Positions 60,206 through 64,000 of a stretch of 64,000 nucleotides of DNA are shown here, piece by piece. Where the stretch lies: contig JAPEUI010000008.1 of the NCBI GenBank assembly GCA_026025075.1, positions 62,001 to 126,000 on the forward strand, read 5' to 3'. Below the pieces are notes generated by a model, which saw only the letters and a list, made by a program, of their open reading frames with translations, did not search any database and was not told the origin of the DNA. The first letter of the stretch is position 1, and the number at the start of each line of letters is the position of its first letter. A program made the position numbers and the translations under genes. Source of the DNA: Vezdaea acicularis. Taxonomy: Eukaryota.

Positions 60206-60474
60206 TTAGACCGATTTTCGCATTTGCGGATCCAACTGTCCTTACCATGCAACGACCCATTCGAAGCCACACAAACCTACGTAACGGATACTTTGATCAC
60301 AAAAAAAATTCCGCGAGTCCTATACAATTCTTGGAGGCGACCGGTCGTCGTAACTCTCTTCGCGAGCTTCTCATTGTTCATGCCCTCTGGACATTACCTT
60401 ATACGGTCCGCGAGCTTCGCGGCTTGCGTGGCATCCTCCTACCGTGAAGTGATCCTCTAGGCTTTGCAACGCAT

Positions 60475-61667
60475 ATGCCTTCTCGTTATATCACTCGGAC
60501 GCGGAAATGGCTTCTGGCGTCCCCACCAATCGAATGGGGCGTTATGCGTCTGCGAGAGCTGCTCATAGGAGCTCTCCGAAAAGGACCAATTCCCCAGCAT
60601 GTCGCTTTTGTCATGGACGGCAATAGGCGGTTTGCAAGACGAAGTCAGATTGAGACTGTCGAGGGTCATAACCTTGGATTTGAGGCACTTGCACGGGTAC
60701 CAAAAACATTCTACCCCTAAGATAACTAGCATATTACTAAACCCAGCTCTGACGTAGATCTTGGAGGTATGCTACAAGTCTGGCGTTAAGGTGGTAACCA
60801 TATATGCCTTTAGCGTCGAAAACTTCAAGCGATCAAAATATGAAGTTGATGCTCTTATGGACATGGCAAAGGTCAAGTTATCTCAACTGTCACAGCACGG
60901 AGACCTACTGGACCGCTATGGGGCAAGTATACGCATTCTGGGTCAAAGAGAGCTTGTGAAACCGGACGTGCTTGAGGCAATTGATAAAGCTGTCAGTATG
61001 ACAGCTGGCAACAACCGGTACGTTTTCACGCTAAAGGTGTCATGTGTTCCCTGTGTGAGTATGACTGACATCGGCTTACAGGGCAATACTCAACGTCTGT
61101 TTCCCGTACACTTCTCGTGACGAAATAACGTCCGCCATACAAGACACTGTAACATCATACTGCTCTCCACTCTCATCTACTCCAAGGCCATTCTCCGAAT
61201 CACATATCACTCAGACAATTCAATCGCAGCATGCGTCTTCCCTACGAACCCCTTCGCCCTCTTCGAATGCGTCTGATGCCGAAAACCTATCCTCAGCGTC
61301 ATCTTCTACAACTCTGAACGGAGATAGCCCTCCTCGTCAGATGACTACACCTGCTAGTACAGACGACGTCATTTACCCGGATCCAGAGGCGATAACACCG
61401 GAGACTATTGCATCTCATCTGTATACAGCTGGAAACCCACCTTTAGACCTCCTTGTGAGGACATCTGGTGTTGAGAGACTCAGTGATTTCATGCTCTGGC
61501 AGTGCCATGAGAATACCGACATTGTGTTTCTAGAATGTTTATGGCCTGAATTCGATTTGTGGAACTTCTTGCCTGTCTTGGTCGAATGGCAATGGAGGCG
61601 AAATAGCGGAGCGTACATAGATGAGCATACTAGGGATGAGGAAGCTGCGTCAGCACTTGCTAGATAG
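60475..61667 (+). CDS. RER2: cis-prenyltransferase / dehydrodolichyl diphosphate synthase
   Basis: PQHVAFVMDGNRRFAR, GHNLGF, VTIYAFSVENFKRS, LNVCFPYTSRDEI and DLLVRTSGVERLSDFMLWQ. Two introns. Confidence 0.95.
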
Positions 61668-62212
61668 AGTTGAAGTTGTTCAGCGAAGTTTGGGCGTTTG
61701 CTCGTTGGCGGCAGTCTTTTGAAAGGTCCTTCAATATTATGGAAAAGGGAGACAGGAGCATCTCTGGAGATACGGGACATGATCTGACACTTAGTAATAT
61801 CTTATTATGCGTCGGCAATTTCAACAAATTTGATGCCTAAGGGCTCTCTAGTAGTCTGCGCCATGGCACCTTCTTCCTGTCGCTTACGGGGATTGGACAG
61901 AAAGTAATTGGCGGGGGCGCCAGCGGTGATGCGATGTGCGAAAAGTGCACTTCTGGCGTCACGCGAGAGCCGGAGAGAATGCCCATTTCGAAGCTGCCCA
62001 TGAACTCAGAACCTCTCCCCACCTGTCACCGATCATCCATTGCTGTCACATCATCATGAGAGATAGAGGTTTACCTTTTAGCCTTCCTTCGCTCCAATCA
62101 GTCTCATGATACTCTCAGCTCACCCAGAATAAGCTCTTGGACTGGCAACCCCTCCGCGTCGCGCCGTCCGCGCCCTCAGTAGAGCTTTTTCACCTTCTTC
62201 CTCCCTCGAGAC

Positions 62213-64000
62213 ATGAAATCCTCTAATGCAGGGACGACGGTGACATCGACATCAGGGCGCCGAGCCCAGCCTATCCGTCAAACCCGAACAAACCCCCCTC
62301 GAGCCTCAGCGACTACTTCGCGGCCCTTGGCTGGTGGGCGCACTTTGGGCGCTGCCACTGTCGAAATTGGGCCAGCGGCGACCAGTCCACCAGGCTTCTT
62401 TCCTGCTATCCAATACTTCACTGACGCGATAACAGAGCTACCGAAGGAAACTATAAGACATCTGACTTTGTTTAAAGAAGTTGATGCTAAATCTTGTGGT
62501 CCTGAGGAGCGGCTCATTCAACTTGTCGAAGCGGCCATTAACACGCCAGTTCCGCGCAAGACCAATCCGACCATACAACACCCCCCAACGACTGCAACAG
62601 TCGGAAATATAGATCATCTAGATGAAAATGGAACTCTAAGGAATGCTACAGGTTTAGCAGATAACGATGAGCAGGTTTCGGAGCCACCGGTGCCCGTACC
62701 GTACGCCCCGACACCGGAGGAAACCGCCAGGCGTCAAATTTTTGAGCAGCTGCACCATATTGCATCGGAGATCATGATGCCAACTCTTGACGAGAAGATA
62801 CATGTCCTTTCACCAGCAAGAGAGGCTCTGAACAAGCAATTGACTCGCCTCGACAGCGTCTTTCCCCACGTTGAGGGTGAGATCAGCGAGGAGGCCCGAT
62901 ACGGCAGTCTCACGCACTGGGCATATATTGAGAAAGCCAATGCTAGACCTAATGGTGCGAGCGATCGTCAGCGACGGGATGTGGGTGGTGCCAATAGCTT
63001 GGCGGCTGCCGCTGCAGCTCTCAACGACTCCGAAGTTGCGATAAGGAGCGAAATGAGAAGAGAGGCCGTGCAAGCACGCAGGAATAGAACTCAACATGTA
63101 GACTCAGACTTCGACGATCCCCGAAACGGGAGACAAAACTCTGCCCAGCCTGGTGCAAATAAGAAGTCCCACGGCAACACGAAGGTCAAGAGAACAATCG
63201 ATGCACCTAGTAGCAGTACTGTGGGGCTCGGTATCTCGAACGGAGTCCCCTCGACATCTGCAAACCCTCCTCACAAGCGCCGGAAAACGGAGAAAACCAC
63301 CAACAATGGGAATGGTGTCGTAGCTATGGAAAGGTCGATAAGCAGTGCCTTTGGCGGCGGTAGCGGCGCCAAAGGAAATGCTAGAAGCCCACGCGAGACA
63401 CCCACCGCCGAAGGTCCCAAAAAGAGATCAAGAGCTCCTGCGACCAGTGGCACAAGAAAACGGTAAGTATTCTGCATGGAAATTTCGGGTCGATTGGGCT
63501 AACCATCTCGCCTCGTAGCAATAACACCACCACATCAACGGGCCAATCTCCATCAATTGCCTCATCCCCCGTCCATGGCACCTTCGGCATTTCAAAAGAT
63601 GCCTTCCGCAACAGTCCTGCCCCTGCTACCTCTCAGCGCCCTACATCTTCTCGCGCTCGTCAAAACTCTGCACAATCGATGGCCCAAGAAGTCAACGGCC
63701 GCCCCAAAGCCTCATACTCCACCTCGGCAAAGACGAACGGCATCAATGGCGTTCTAAGCAATAACACGACCAACCACGCCACTGGAGCTGCAACCCGAAG
63801 CCCCACCAAGCCCTCTCACCACGAAGGCCTCTCCGATGACCCGCGCAAACCCGGGGACAGCAACAAGAACACGCCCGGCTCCGACACGAAGACTAGCGAC
63901 GGCGCCTTCAAGAAAGAAGACAACGACTCTGTGCAAGGCATCGAGCCCACGACAACCACCGTCACCACAACACGCACAGGCCGCACCTCCAAGACCTCAA
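62213..64000 (+). CDS. ING-family chromatin protein (Pho23-like), runs off the window; PHD finger expected downstream
   Basis: ING N-terminal helical domain FFPAIQYFTDAITELPKETIRHLTLFKEVDAK, LDEKIHVL and EISEEARYGSLTHWAY. Intron starts at about 63463. Confidence 0.85.

Noticed and set aside
1..64000. tRNA, snRNA, rRNA or CRISPR arrays
   Set aside because: GGTTCGA-like hits lack cloverleaf stems, and I saw no U1, U2, U5 or U6 signature or repeat-spacer array. An Infernal/Rfam scan would be needed to exclude snoRNAs.

Overview
Gene-dense, intron-rich segment of a filamentous ascomycete (Pezizomycotina) chromosome. It holds about 25 mostly housekeeping genes: TMS1/SERINC, an Mch1-like MFS transporter, an AreB/ASD4 GATA factor, Lsb6 PI4-kinase, a HIRAN-SNF2-RING helicase, a Cya5/Pet309-like PPR protein, SRP68, a rhodanese, Jen1, a kinase-fold protein, an AAA ATPase, the septin Cdc3, Bos1, an OM14-like protein, Mdh1, Yvc1, Erg27, Kgd1, a GT-like protein, Dsc2, Rer2 and an ING/Pho23-like protein. 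There is one compact, ORF-intact Tc1/mariner element at 59026-60205. I found no tRNA, rRNA or CRISPR array, and no clear new multi-gene system. The most interesting signals are in gene structure: a 2-nt microexon, a probable ACG-initiated long AreB isoform, a GC-AG intron, frequent AAG/GAG splice acceptors, a pseudokinase, an apparent TTA target duplication on the Tc1 element, and C-to-G strand-skew islands centred on convergent gene junctions. All gene models and product calls were made by eye from motifs; no database search was run.
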